Below, in pieces: positions 9,635 to 19,449 of a DNA stretch of 64,000 bases. Origin of the DNA: Longimicrobiales bacterium (lineage in GTDB: Bacteria; Gemmatimonadota; Gemmatimonadetes; Longimicrobiales; Gaopeijiaceae); the NCBI GenBank assembly GCA_965198065.1, contig CBDAON010000004.1, positions 1,536,001-1,600,000 of the forward strand, in the 5' to 3' direction. The position numbers and the translations under genes are program-made. The stretch's first letter is position 1. Each line of letters starts with the position of its first letter. The notes beneath the pieces were generated by a model. It saw only the letters and a list, made by a program, of their open reading frames with translations, made no database searches and had not been told where the DNA came from.

Positions 9635-10552
9635 GTGACCGAGAATCGCGAGCGGCGGCAGCGCCTGGGTCGGGGGTTGGGAGCCCTTCTCGGGGAGGAC
9701 TACTTCGGGCCCCCTAGCCGGGGAGAGGAGGTCACGCTCCTCCCGGTGGCGACAGTCGATCCCAACCCCTTCCAGCCTCGGAGGGAGTTTCGCGAGGAGG
9801 AGCTGCGGGAGCTCGCGAAGTCCATTAGCGAGAACGGGCTCCTCCAGCCGCTGATCGTGCGGCCCGCGCCGGGGCCTGCCACGGATCGGTACCAGCTGGT
9901 GGCCGGAGAGCGCCGACTGCGTGCCGTACGGGAGCTGGGCTGGCAGGAAGTCGCCGTCCAGGTTCGTAAGGTGGAGGATCGCACCCTGCTCGTCCTCGCC
10001 CTCGTCGAGAACCTGCAGCGGGAGGCCCTCAGCCCGCTTGAGGAGGCGCAGGGTTACCAGCACCTGGCCAACGAGTTCGGGCTCACGCAGGGAGAGATCG
10101 CCGAGTCGGTCGGAAAGAATCGGGCCACGGTTGCGAACATTCTACGGCTCTTGCGTCTGCCCGACTCTGTTCGGGCCCTGTTGGCCAGGGGCGCCTTGTC
10201 CATGGGTCACGCAAGGGCCCTTCTGGCCGTGGAGGATTCGGGACGCCTGGCCGAGCTTGCGAGGCAGGCCGCCCGGCACGGATGGTCGGTGCGCGAGGTC
10301 GAATCGCGCGTCCGGGGAGAGGGCGATCGTGACGCCTCCCCGAGGAGAGCCTCTTCATCACGGGCGTCCCGGCTTTCGGCTGCCGCCCGGGCCTATCAGG
10401 AGGCGCTCGCCGAGGCCTTGGGTACCCGGGTTCGCCTCCGGCAAAAGAAGGGTGGAGCGGGGACGATCGAGGTCTCGTTTGCTTCGGCGGCGGACTTCGA
10501 GCGAGTCTTCGAGCTCATGGCCCGACGCGACCACTCGGAGATTGCGGATTGA
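9635..10552 (+). CDS. parB: Chromosome partitioning protein ParB/Spo0J
   Basis: LGRGLGALL, PNPFQPR, LVAGERRLRA, ENLQRE, HTH and GHARALL. Confidence 0.98.
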   Translation: MTENRERRQRLGRGLGALLGEDYFGPPSRGEEVTLLPVATVDPNPFQPRREFREEELRELAKSISENGLLQPLIVRPAPGPATDRYQLVAGERRLRAVRELGWQEVAVQVRKVEDRTLLVLALVENLQREALSPLEEAQGYQHLANEFGLTQGEIAESVGKNRATVANILRLLRLPDSVRALLARGALSMGHARALLAVEDSGRLAELARQAARHGWSVREVESRVRGEGDRDASPRRASSSRASRLSAAARAYQEALAEALGTRVRLRQKKGGAGTIEVSFASAADFERVFELMARRDHSEIAD

Positions 10553-11343
10553 GCAAGGAGAGTCATGACCGACACGGGCACGGGTACGTCACTGTGCTCT
10601 TCATTCCGGATGGCCCCTCGGGTACCCGGAGCATCAAGCTGTCTGTGCGGCGGCTTCGCTGGCTCGTGGTAGGCGCCGTGGGAGTTCTGGCCCTCCTCTG
10701 CGTGGCCGTCGGGAGTTGGTGGTACCTCGTCGGCCGCGCGAGACAGGCCCAGGCCCTGGAGGAGCAGGTGGCGGAGCTCCTGGACCGGGAGGCCCGGGTG
10801 ATGGAGCTCGCACGCACCTTAGAGGAGGTAGAGGCCGGGTACGAGGCCATCCGGTCGCTGTTCGGCGGCGGAGCGGCCGGCGCGGCCAGCGAGCTCTGGC
10901 TTCCTCCGGCCACCGGGCGACTCGCCGGGCCGGGAAGCTCGACCCCTCAGGACAACGTTCCCGCGAGCTGGCCCCTCACGGAAAGGGGCTTCGTGACGCA
11001 GATGCTCCTGGAGGCCACCGCCGCTGAGGCGCCATCGCACCCCGGAATCGACATCGCGATTCCGGCCGGCTCGTACATCCGGGCCGCGGGGAGCGGTACC
11101 GTGCTCGAGGCTGGGGAGGACCCCGTCTACGGGAACTATCTGGTCCTGGAGCATGGGGACGGATACCGTTCCCTGTACGCTCACGCCTCGATGATCTTTG
11201 CGGAGGCGGGGGACGCCGTGCGCGGGAGTGAGGTCATCGCGCTCAGCGGATCGAGCGGGCGCTCGACGGCCCCGCACCTGCACTTCGAGATCCAACGAGA
11301 TGGCGAGGCGGTGGACCCTCTCTCGATGGTGGCGCCGCCCTGA
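10549..11343 (+). CDS. M23 family metallopeptidase
   Basis: N-terminal TM plus coiled coil; HPGIDIA, YAH, STAPHLHFE motifs. Confidence 0.92.
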   Translation: MSKESHDRHGHGYVTVLFIPDGPSGTRSIKLSVRRLRWLVVGAVGVLALLCVAVGSWWYLVGRARQAQALEEQVAELLDREARVMELARTLEEVEAGYEAIRSLFGGGAAGAASELWLPPATGRLAGPGSSTPQDNVPASWPLTERGFVTQMLLEATAAEAPSHPGIDIAIPAGSYIRAAGSGTVLEAGEDPVYGNYLVLEHGDGYRSLYAHASMIFAEAGDAVRGSEVIALSGSSGRSTAPHLHFEIQRDGEAVDPLSMVAPP

Positions 11344-11408
11344 GCAGCGGCGGCGCCGCCGGCGCCCGTCGGACGCCGTACAGTCCACTAGGTCAGGGAG
11401 ACATCGGA

Positions 11409-11855
11409 ATGGCTCGAGGAAGGGAGCAGGAAGAGAGTGGGGCCCCGCCGATGATCTCGATCATCGGTCCCGGAATGCACGTGTACGGGGATTGCGTAGC
11501 GGACGGCACGATCCGGATCGAGGGGGCGGTGACGGGGACCGTGTACGGTGGAAAAGCCGTGGTGGTGGGACCGGAGGGGGTCGTGGTGGGGGACGTCCGG
11601 ACGCAGGACGCGGTGATCTCGGGCGTGGTAACCGGCACGGTCACGGCCGCTTCGCGCCTCGAGGTCCAGGCGACGGCCAGAATCGAGGGCGAGGTGCACA
11701 CGAGGAGACTCCAGCTCGAGGAGGGTGCCATCCTGAACGGCGAGGTCCGGATGGGAGAGGTGGATCTGGGTCCGCCGCCCTCGGCGGAGCACGGGGAGCC
11801 CGCGGGCGAGGTTCCGCATCCGGTCCCGGAGGAGGCAGACGCCGCCTTGCTGTGA
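11409..11855 (+). CDS. Bactofilin (polymer-forming cytoskeletal protein)
   Basis: SIIGPGMHVYGD...IRIEG...G V beta-helix repeats, LQLEEGAILNG; usual partner of M23 after parB. Confidence 0.9.
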   Translation: MARGREQEESGAPPMISIIGPGMHVYGDCVADGTIRIEGAVTGTVYGGKAVVVGPEGVVVGDVRTQDAVISGVVTGTVTAASRLEVQATARIEGEVHTRRLQLEEGAILNGEVRMGEVDLGPPPSAEHGEPAGEVPHPVPEEADAALL

Positions 11856-11974
11856 CCGGCACACGTGCTTTTCCACTTTAGTGGGTATCGTCATAACATG
11901 TTGTGTTACAACATCTTACCATTCCATCTCCCACTCGTTCTGGAGGTTTTCTACACCCGGGTGTGGAAGCAGGT

Positions 11975-12748
11975 GTGAGCGTGGCCCAGTCCCCCGTCGA
12001 ATTAGAACGCATCCTCCAGTTCCTCGATCGAACGCTGTCGATCGCTGAGTTTCCGGACTACGACGGGGCCTTGAACGGGCTCCAGTTGGAGGCCGACGGA
12101 CCGGTACGCCACCTGGGGGCGGCCGTGGACGCGAGCGTCGAGGTCGCGGAGGCTTCGGTGGAGCGCGACGTGGACCTCCTGCTCGTCCATCACGGCCTGT
12201 TCTGGGACGGGCTCCAGCCCCTGACGGGGCGCCTGTACCGGCGGGTCGCTCCTCTCGTGAGGAACGGGATCGCCCTCTATGCGGCCCACCTCCCGCTGGA
12301 CGCGCATCCGGAGCTCGGCAACGCGACGGGGCTCATCCGCGCGCTCGGTCTCGAGCCCGGGGAGCGCTTTGGGCGGTTCCGGGAGGCGGAGGTGGGCTTC
12401 GTGGTGCACGCCGACCACGACCGGGAGGCGTTGCGAGCCGCCGTAGCTGAAGTCGTCGGCGGACCCGTTCGGCTGATCCCGGGTGGGCCGGCACGAGCCG
12501 AGCGCGTAGGAGTCGTGACGGGAAGTGGCGGCTCGTTCATTCGGGCGGCGGCGGAAGCGGGGCTCGATACGCTGCTCACGGGAGAGGGCTTGCACCACAC
12601 CTACCTGGACGCCATGGAGCTCGGAGTGAACGTCCTCTACGCCGGCCACTACGCTACGGAAACCTGGGGCGTGAAGGCGTTGGCCGAACGGGTTGCCGGA
12701 GAGTTCGGGATCTCCTGGGAGTTCCTGGATTTTCCCACCGGCCTCTAA
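11975..12748 (+). CDS. Nif3-like dinuclear metal center protein (YbgI family)
   Basis: NGLQL, LLVHHGLFW, HLPLDAHPELGN, GHYATE motifs; start uncertain. Confidence 0.93.
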   Translation: MSVAQSPVELERILQFLDRTLSIAEFPDYDGALNGLQLEADGPVRHLGAAVDASVEVAEASVERDVDLLLVHHGLFWDGLQPLTGRLYRRVAPLVRNGIALYAAHLPLDAHPELGNATGLIRALGLEPGERFGRFREAEVGFVVHADHDREALRAAVAEVVGGPVRLIPGGPARAERVGVVTGSGGSFIRAAAEAGLDTLLTGEGLHHTYLDAMELGVNVLYAGHYATETWGVKALAERVAGEFGISWEFLDFPTGL

Positions 12749-12777
12749 AGATCCGGGTCGCGGTCGCGCCCCCCGAT

Positions 12778-14351
12778 TCAGAAGAGGCCGTCCAGGTAGG
12801 CGTCGAGACGCCAGTCCCGCTCACCCCTGAGGTTCCGCGCGACGTCCAGCCGCATCAGCCCCTTCATGATCGAAACACCGGCGCCCACCGCCACGAGTGT
12901 TTCCACCTCCCCGAGTCGGTCCCGTGGTCCGACGGCCATCCAGTCCGCGAACGTGACCAGGCTGGAGTCGGTGGATCGGCTGGCGCCCTCCCCCTCCAGA
13001 GCGGCTCGCGGTCGGAGAGGCCGAGCCGGGCCTCGCCATGAAGCGCAAAGAGGGACGGGAGAGCGAGCCAAGCACCAATCCCGGTGGACAGACCCTCGAC
13101 CCGGTTGTAGCGGGTGACGCCGGACCGGCGACCGAACGTGACCCGGAACCTCGCGGCCGGGGAGAGCTGGAGGAGCGTGCGCCGCAGATCTTCGAGCTCC
13201 TCCTCCCGAAAGGCAGAGGGAGCCGTACCCCCCCGGCTCGACAGCTCGGGCGATGTGGCCAGTTGGGTGGCAGGCGGGACGACGACGGTGACCCGTAGCG
13301 GCCGGTCGTCTCTCTCGAGCTTGACCTCGCGGAGGATCCATCCGTCCGGCGCGACCTCGGGCACGAGGGCCGTCGCCTCGTTCACCCGCATGTCGTCCAA
13401 CGTCCACTCGATGTGAATGGGGAATGCGGCCCTGGTTCCGACCGTCGCCTCGCCGTCGAAAGCGAATCGCCGTGGGATCCACCACCGGAGGTCGTACAGC
13501 CCGTGGTCGATCGACACATAACGGATCTCGGCACGTATGGGTCCCAGAAATTCGGGCACGTCGCCGTCCCCGTCGATTGCCATATCGAAGGGGCGGGCCG
13601 GCCGGTAGCCGGCCCGAACCAGCGATCCGTCGGCCGTGTCGAACCAGAGCGAGGCAGACACGAGCCGGAACTCGGCGCGCCGAGGCTCGACGCGAACCTC
13701 CGCCAGCACGACCCCTCGGTCCGTGCCTGGCAGGGTGATACGGAGCGTGTCGCCGCTAGAGTACCGGTAGTGGTAGACGGCGCTGTCCGCGAGCGGGTTC
13801 AGCGCCCAGTCGCCGCCGAATGCGATCCGGTCGCTCGCGGGATCGAACGACAGCGGCGGCGGGAGGTATGGATCCACGAGTGTCGTGTCGGATCTCACGC
13901 CGGAGAGATCCTGCCGGATGCGGTCGGCCACGTCCCTGCCGACCCCGGCTTCGGTCGTGGACGAAATGCCGAGCGCCTCGCTCTCGCGACGTGCGCCCTC
14001 CCATCGCACGATGCGGGTTCCATCGCTGGCCCAGCGCACCCGCGCGACCCGCTCGTCCTCGAGGAGGCCGCGCTCCCTTCGGAAGGCGGGGCCGGCGACC
14101 CCCAGATACAAGTGCTCCCACATGCGGCCCTCGTAGCTCAGGAGCCCCTCCGCCACCCGGCTTCGCGCTGCTCGCGCCAGGGCGAGGATCCGCTCGGCGG
14201 CGAGGTCCTGGTACGCATCCGCAGGTGCCTCCGTAGGACGGGTGCCGGGAGCGACGGGCTGCTGACGGGCCTCACCCGCAGACGGTCTCGCGCACGAGAG
14301 ACCGAGGATCAGGATCGGAAGCAGGGCGCGGAAAGGGCCGCGTGATTCCAT
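12778..14351 (-). pseudogene. Large exported/outer-membrane protein, internally deleted or frameshifted
   Basis: Signal-like N-terminus (LLPILILGLSC) in ORF 12864-14417. The plausible beta-barrel C-terminus (RLDVAR...WRLDAYLDGLF) is in a different frame (ORF ending 12778); switch at about 12960-13000. Confidence 0.6.
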
Positions 14352-14481
14352 TGAAGGAGCCGATCCGGCGGTGGAACGAGGTGCCGGCACGGGGTGCGGA
14401 GCCCGAAACACCGTCATTATACTAAGCCTTTACCTCGCCGGTCGTTGTTGGTGGGGCCGGAGGTTTCGTGCGCCTAGGAGG

Positions 14482-15306
14482 ATGAGACCATTGAGCGCTC
14501 GCTGCAAGCAGTGTGGGGCCCGAGGGGAGGGCCGATTCTGCGCGTCCTGCGGGGCCCCCTTGAAGCCCCTGGCCTGTAGGAAGTGCGGAACCTCACTCGA
14601 GGCCGGGACGCGCTTCTGCACCCAGTGCGGGACCGCGACGGGGGGTGGGGCTGCGGCAAAGGTGGGGCGGGGTGCCGCCCCGGAACCGCGGGTGGCCGCG
14701 CCAGTCTCCGAGCGCGCCCGGAACTCGGTCTGGTGGGTCTCCGGCGGGCTTCTCGCCGTGGTCGCAGCCGTCGTGCTCGTCACCGAGTTTTCCCGCGCGG
14801 CCTCGGACGCGCCCGTTGTCCCGTCCACCGTGGTCACGTCGACGCCCGGAGCCGGGCCTCCGGACCTGGCGTCCATGACCCCTCGCGAGGCCGCCGATCG
14901 GCTCTTCGACCGCGTGATGGGCGCGCTAGAGGGGAACGACACGCTTCAGGCCACGAGCTTCCTCCCCATGGCCCTTCAGGCCTATGGGCTCGCGGAGTCC
15001 CTCGACGAGGACGGCCTCTTCCACCGCTCTCTGCTCGAGGCGGCGGCCGGTGAGCTGGAGGCCGCGCTCGCGACCGCCGAGGAGGGCCTCGCGAGAAACC
15101 CGGATCACCTCCTCAATCTCTACGCGGCGGCGCAGGCTGCCCAAGCAGCCGGACAGGTCGAGGCGGCTCGGGAGCATTACGCGAGGATGCTCGCGGCCTG
15201 GTCCACCGAGGTCGTGGCGGGCCGGACGGAATACGACGAGCACTTGCAGCTGCTTCCTGTGATGCGGGACCAGGCGGAGGGATTCCTCTCCGGAGCGGGC
15301 CCCTGA
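14482..15306 (+). CDS. Double zinc-ribbon membrane protein with TPR-like C-terminus
   Basis: CKQC..FCASC..CRKC..FCTQC, one TM segment, helical repeat C-terminus. Confidence 0.75.
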   Translation: MRPLSARCKQCGARGEGRFCASCGAPLKPLACRKCGTSLEAGTRFCTQCGTATGGGAAAKVGRGAAPEPRVAAPVSERARNSVWWVSGGLLAVVAAVVLVTEFSRAASDAPVVPSTVVTSTPGAGPPDLASMTPREAADRLFDRVMGALEGNDTLQATSFLPMALQAYGLAESLDEDGLFHRSLLEAAAGELEAALATAEEGLARNPDHLLNLYAAAQAAQAAGQVEAAREHYARMLAAWSTEVVAGRTEYDEHLQLLPVMRDQAEGFLSGAGP

Positions 15307-15338
15307 GCGCAGCGAATCCACCACCCTCGCGGGGCGTC

Positions 15339-16367
15339 GTGTTTCTCACGGGCGGCACGGGGCTCGTGGGCTCCCACGTCGCCGAGGCCCTCCGCCGGCA
15401 GGGCCGACCGGTTCGCGCGCTCCACCGGGGCGGCTCGCCCCTCGACCACCTCCGAAGCGTCGAGTGCGAGCTTGTGGAGCTCTCGCTCCCGGGCGGCGAG
15501 CAGGCGCTCCGGGAGGCGATGGCGGGGTGCAGCGCGTTGGTCCACGCGGCGGCCCTGATCTACACCGATCTTCCGTGGCCCCGGGTCCGAGCGGTGAACG
15601 TCCAGGGGACCGGGAACGTCTTCCGTGCAGCAGCGAGCGAGGGCGTGGCCACGGCGGTTTTCCTCTCGTCGGTAGCTGCGTACGGGGACCCGTACGACAT
15701 GGTGGACGAGGACGCTCCGCTGGACAGACCCCTTCGCCCCTGGGAGAGATACGCGCGCTCCAAGCGGGAAGGGGAGCGGGTGGTTCAAGAGATCGCGACC
15801 CAGACGGGCATGTCTGTGACCGTGCTCCGACCGTGCGCGATCTACGGAGAGCGGGATCGGCTCTTCACCCCGAAAATCGCGACCGCCCTCCGGCTGCCGG
15901 TACATCCGATGCTCGGGGGCGGCCGGACCGCCATGGCCGCCGTGTACGCGGGCAACGTGGCGTCGGCCGTGCTGGCCGGCCTCGGCGGGGGCCGGCCCCC
16001 GGGGGCCAGGGCGTACAACGTCGCCGAGGATTACGGGCTATCCCAGCGGGAGCTCTACGCAGGCCTCGCGGCGGAGCTCCGGATCCCGTTTCGACCGGTG
16101 TCCATCCCGCGCTCGATCGTGCTCGGCGGAGCCGCGCTCGGCGAGGCCCTGGGGGGCCGCATCCCCGGGGCCGAGGAGCTGCCCCTTCGGAGGGCGGCCC
16201 ATTTGGCCGTCCGTCCCAACCCGTATCGCTCCCGGCGGATCAGGGAGGAGCTTGGATGGGCGCCGACCGCTTCATGCGAGGAAGCTCTGCGAAGGACGGC
16301 CGAGTGGATCGCGGGCACCTGGGAGGCGCGTCGCGACCGCCCGGCGTTCCGAACACAATCTCCGTGA
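15339..16367 (+). CDS. NAD-dependent epimerase/dehydratase (extended SDR)
   Basis: TGGTGLVG, HAAA, NVQGT, YARSK catalytic motif, LRPCAIYG. Confidence 0.9.
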   Translation: MFLTGGTGLVGSHVAEALRRQGRPVRALHRGGSPLDHLRSVECELVELSLPGGEQALREAMAGCSALVHAAALIYTDLPWPRVRAVNVQGTGNVFRAAASEGVATAVFLSSVAAYGDPYDMVDEDAPLDRPLRPWERYARSKREGERVVQEIATQTGMSVTVLRPCAIYGERDRLFTPKIATALRLPVHPMLGGGRTAMAAVYAGNVASAVLAGLGGGRPPGARAYNVAEDYGLSQRELYAGLAAELRIPFRPVSIPRSIVLGGAALGEALGGRIPGAEELPLRRAAHLAVRPNPYRSRRIREELGWAPTASCEEALRRTAEWIAGTWEARRDRPAFRTQSP

Positions 16368-16524
16368 CCGCCCTGGGCCGACGCGCACGGTGGCGGAAGG
16401 GTACGATGAGTCGGAGCGGCGCCCCGTGCTCCTGCGGGATGGGCTCGTCGCTCCTCAGCCAGGCGAGCATCACCTGAGGATGGAGCAGGGTCGGCACGTC
16501 CTCGTCCACGTAGTGTCAGTATAG
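16340..16524 (-). pseudogene. C-terminal remnant of a molybdopterin-dependent oxidoreductase (MsrP/sulfite oxidase family)
   Basis: LLHPQVMLAW...PIPQEHGAPLRLIVP resembles the family HG(A/F)PLRL motif; no N-terminal part. Confidence 0.55.
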
Positions 16525-16836
16525 TGTCGGTCTCTGGACACGATGCGGCCTAATGCGCGTTCGGGAGGAGACCAATTCGGCTAGCGAAATCTCTGAACCG
16601 CAGGCCCGTCCACTTGCAGAGCTCGGATCGGTCGCTACAGTTGATCCGTCACGGTCGCCCGCTGATTGCCACCCCCGATTGCGTCGTGCTACGATGGTCA
16701 GTTGACCGAGCGGGATCGAGGACACGCTCACCGGCGACCGGATCCTGACGGGGATGGATGGCCCGTACCGAGCTCCCCGCGTACGAAGCGAGGGAGCATT
16801 TTAATTGGGGATTACATCCAATCGTAACCAAATCGC

Positions 16837-16865
16837 TTGACTTCGGCCAGTCAGAATGTTACTAT
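16837..16865 (+). promoter_or_regulatory. Putative sigma70 promoter of the transposase
   Basis: TTGACT-17 bp-TACTAT, followed by inverted repeat AGTCTG..CAGACT and an AGGAG RBS before ATG 16894. Confidence 0.65.
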
Positions 16866-16893
16866 TAGTCTGTAAATCAGACTAGGAGAAACG

Positions 16894-17835
16894 ATGGCTA
16901 AGTCAGGACCCGGCAAGAACTTTAGGAAGGGGCTTTCACTCATTCAGGTTATGCGAATGTTCCCAGACGACGCGACGGCTGAGCGGTGGATCGCTCAGTG
17001 CCGGTGGGACGGCAAGCCCGCTTGCCCGCACTGTGGGGGCGAGAACGTACAGGTAGGCGCGAAGCATCCGAGCCAGCCTTACCGTTGCCGCGAGAAGGGT
17101 TGCCGGAAGTTCTTCAGCGTGAAGACGGGCACCGCAATGGCCGGAAGCAATCTCGGCTATCAGGTGTGGGCGATCGCTTCCTACCTGCTCGCGACTGGTC
17201 TGAAGGGTCAAGCCTCCATGAAGCTGCACCGGGATCTAGAGATCGGGCAGAAGGCCGCGTGGTTCCTAGCACACCGGCTCCGGGAGACGTGGGAGACGCA
17301 GCAGGCTCCGTTCGAGGGTCCGGTGGAGATTGATGAGACCTACGTAGGTGGGCTGGAGAAGAACAAGCACGCAGGCAAGAAGGCGAACCTGGGCCGGGGT
17401 CCGGTGGGCAAGGCAGCCGTCGTCGGTGCGAAGGACCGGGAGACGAATCGGGTGGCTGCTCGCGTGGTCGAAGCTACCGACAGGCCGACGCTCCAGGGTT
17501 TCGTGCGAGGCCAGGTCGCGGATGGGGCCAGGGTGTACACGGACGAAGCGAGGGCGTATGATGGCCTCGCCAATCGGGAGACCGTGAAACACTCGGTGTC
17601 AGAGTACGTGAACGGCCAGGCCCACACGAACGGCGTGGAGTCCTTCTGGTCGATGCTCAAGCGCGGCTACCACGGCACCTACCACAAGATGTCCCCGAAG
17701 CACCTCCAGCGCTACGTCAACGAGTTCTCCGGCCGCCATAATATCCGACCGCTCGACACCATCCAGCAGATGCGGGCTATCGTCCGGGGGCTGGAGGGCA
17801 AGCGGCTACGCTACCGGGACCTGGTGGCGAATTGA
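16894..17835 (+). CDS. IS1595-family DDE transposase
   Basis: Zn finger CPHCG...CREKGC, VEIDETYVGG, VYTDE, HTNGVESFWS, YVNEFSGRHN. Confidence 0.96.
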   Translation: MAKSGPGKNFRKGLSLIQVMRMFPDDATAERWIAQCRWDGKPACPHCGGENVQVGAKHPSQPYRCREKGCRKFFSVKTGTAMAGSNLGYQVWAIASYLLATGLKGQASMKLHRDLEIGQKAAWFLAHRLRETWETQQAPFEGPVEIDETYVGGLEKNKHAGKKANLGRGPVGKAAVVGAKDRETNRVAARVVEATDRPTLQGFVRGQVADGARVYTDEARAYDGLANRETVKHSVSEYVNGQAHTNGVESFWSMLKRGYHGTYHKMSPKHLQRYVNEFSGRHNIRPLDTIQQMRAIVRGLEGKRLRYRDLVAN

Positions 17836-17960
17836 GGATTTCGACCAGCCCCGTCCGAAACCCCAAATTTTAACAGTAAGCAAAGTATTAAAATAATGAG
17901 TTGATGATTATACTTTTTCGGCTTAAGAGTAAAGCCTTTCGTCGTAGGGGGTGGTAAGTA

Positions 17961-19115
17961 TTGAACCCATCAGAGTTTACAGACGACAAGCCCGGTCTTT
18001 TGGTGCCTCTGTCGAATACGTCGACGGACGTTTCTCACGCTTTTATTCCGGACTCTTTACCTCCGCGGGCCTGGAAGCTTCCGAATGACATCTGGCAGAC
18101 GCTAGTAGAAGCTAGGGCAAGCATCGCTGGCTTGGATGGGGTTGGAAAGCATTTGCCTAATCCTAAGATATTGCTTCGTCCGATCCAGCATCTAGAAGCG
18201 CAACGGTCGTCTCAACTCGAAGGGACGTTCACGGACCCACAGAAGCAGGCACTCTTTCAGGCTGACCCGAGATACCCGGCATCTGTGGGCGATCCGCTGA
18301 ATCCTTACCGAGAAGTATTCAACTACGGCCGAGCGTTGCAACTCCGACAGCAGAGCGGCCTCCCGCTGTCGAAACGCCTAATCCAAAATCTGCACGAAGT
18401 TCTGATGGATGGTGTCCGCGGCTACGGAGAACAGCCTGGAGAGTTTCGGACGATCCAAAACCAGATTGGGTACCCGGCTAGGTTTGTTCCGCCGCCGCCA
18501 GAGAACGTCATAACAGCCATGAACGACCTGGAAATGTTCATGAACACCCCAGGCGACCTTGACCCGCTCGTACGCGCCTTCCTAACTCACTACCAGTTTG
18601 AAACGATTCACCCGTTCCAAGATGGTAACGGGCGTGTCGGTCGATTACTGCTGGCGCTGACCATCGCTGAATGGTGCGGCTTGTCAAGCCAGTGGCTCTA
18701 TATGAGTGCCTACTTCGAGCGTTACAAGAAGCAGTACATGGACTTAATGCTCTTGGTTAGCACGCACGGAGACTGGGATCGTTGGGTTAAATTCTGCTTA
18801 GAGGGAGCTATCGAACAAGCCAATGACACCGAACGCCGTTGCGATAAGCTACTCGACCTTCATCGCGGCTTCCAGTCGCGTCTCAAAGGCGGAAGCGTGC
18901 GGCTCTCAACACTCATCGATGGTCTGTTCGAGAATCCAGTCGTGACTGTGGTGAGAGTGAAGGAAACATTTAACGTGACTTATCCGACGGCGAGATCAGA
19001 TTTGAAAAAACTTGAAAGTCTCGGGATTTTGCAGCGGCTGCCAGACGCGACTCGGATCACGTATTACTGTGAATCCATCTACAGAGTCACATACCAGAAC
19101 ACTAACGACCTTTAG
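17961..19115 (+). CDS. Fic family protein (AMP-transferase) with C-terminal wHTH-like region
   Basis: Canonical HPFQDGNGRVGR Fic motif; N-terminal SSQLEG inhibitory motif; lower GC than the host. Confidence 0.93.
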   Translation: MNPSEFTDDKPGLLVPLSNTSTDVSHAFIPDSLPPRAWKLPNDIWQTLVEARASIAGLDGVGKHLPNPKILLRPIQHLEAQRSSQLEGTFTDPQKQALFQADPRYPASVGDPLNPYREVFNYGRALQLRQQSGLPLSKRLIQNLHEVLMDGVRGYGEQPGEFRTIQNQIGYPARFVPPPPENVITAMNDLEMFMNTPGDLDPLVRAFLTHYQFETIHPFQDGNGRVGRLLLALTIAEWCGLSSQWLYMSAYFERYKKQYMDLMLLVSTHGDWDRWVKFCLEGAIEQANDTERRCDKLLDLHRGFQSRLKGGSVRLSTLIDGLFENPVVTVVRVKETFNVTYPTARSDLKKLESLGILQRLPDATRITYYCESIYRVTYQNTNDL

Positions 19116-19159
19116 TCCGTGGCTTCTTATGGACCGTCACCGGAGGCGATGAGAAACCC

Positions 19160-19351
19160 ATGACACCCAACGATAAGCCATCAAAGCCCACCGGAACGAA
19201 GCAGCCCCGTGGCCGTCCGGTGAAGTACCCGCTACCGGAGCCGATCCCTGACACGCCCGCGAACATCATGAAGGCGTTCATCAAGACGCCGCCGAAGAAG
19301 CGCGGGGAGTGGAAATTCGTGCAGAAGCAGGACAAGAAACAGGCCCCGTAG
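19160..19351 (+). CDS. Small basic hypothetical protein at IS right end
   Basis: 63 aa with GAG-containing upstream region; RGRPVK AT-hook-like motif; followed by GC hairpin 19342-19361 and the right inverted repeat. Confidence 0.55.
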   Translation: MTPNDKPSKPTGTKQPRGRPVKYPLPEPIPDTPANIMKAFIKTPPKKRGEWKFVQKQDKKQAP

Positions 19352-19449
19352 CACCGGGGCCGTGGTTACGATTGGATGTAATCCCCTTTTTTTAATTCCC
19401 CCGTGAGCGACTGTCGGGGAAGGGGGTGGGGCCAGTGAGAGGAGGTGGG

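Larger units (their letters stand above)
16807..19386 (+). mobile_element. IS1595-family element with passenger genes (transporter IS)
   Basis: Perfect 24-bp terminal inverted repeats GGGGATTACATCCAATCGTAACCA (16807-16830) and TGGTTACGATTGGATGTAATCCCC (19363-19386); AT-rich TTTTAATT on both flanks; contains a transposase, a Fic gene and a small ORF. Confidence 0.93.
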
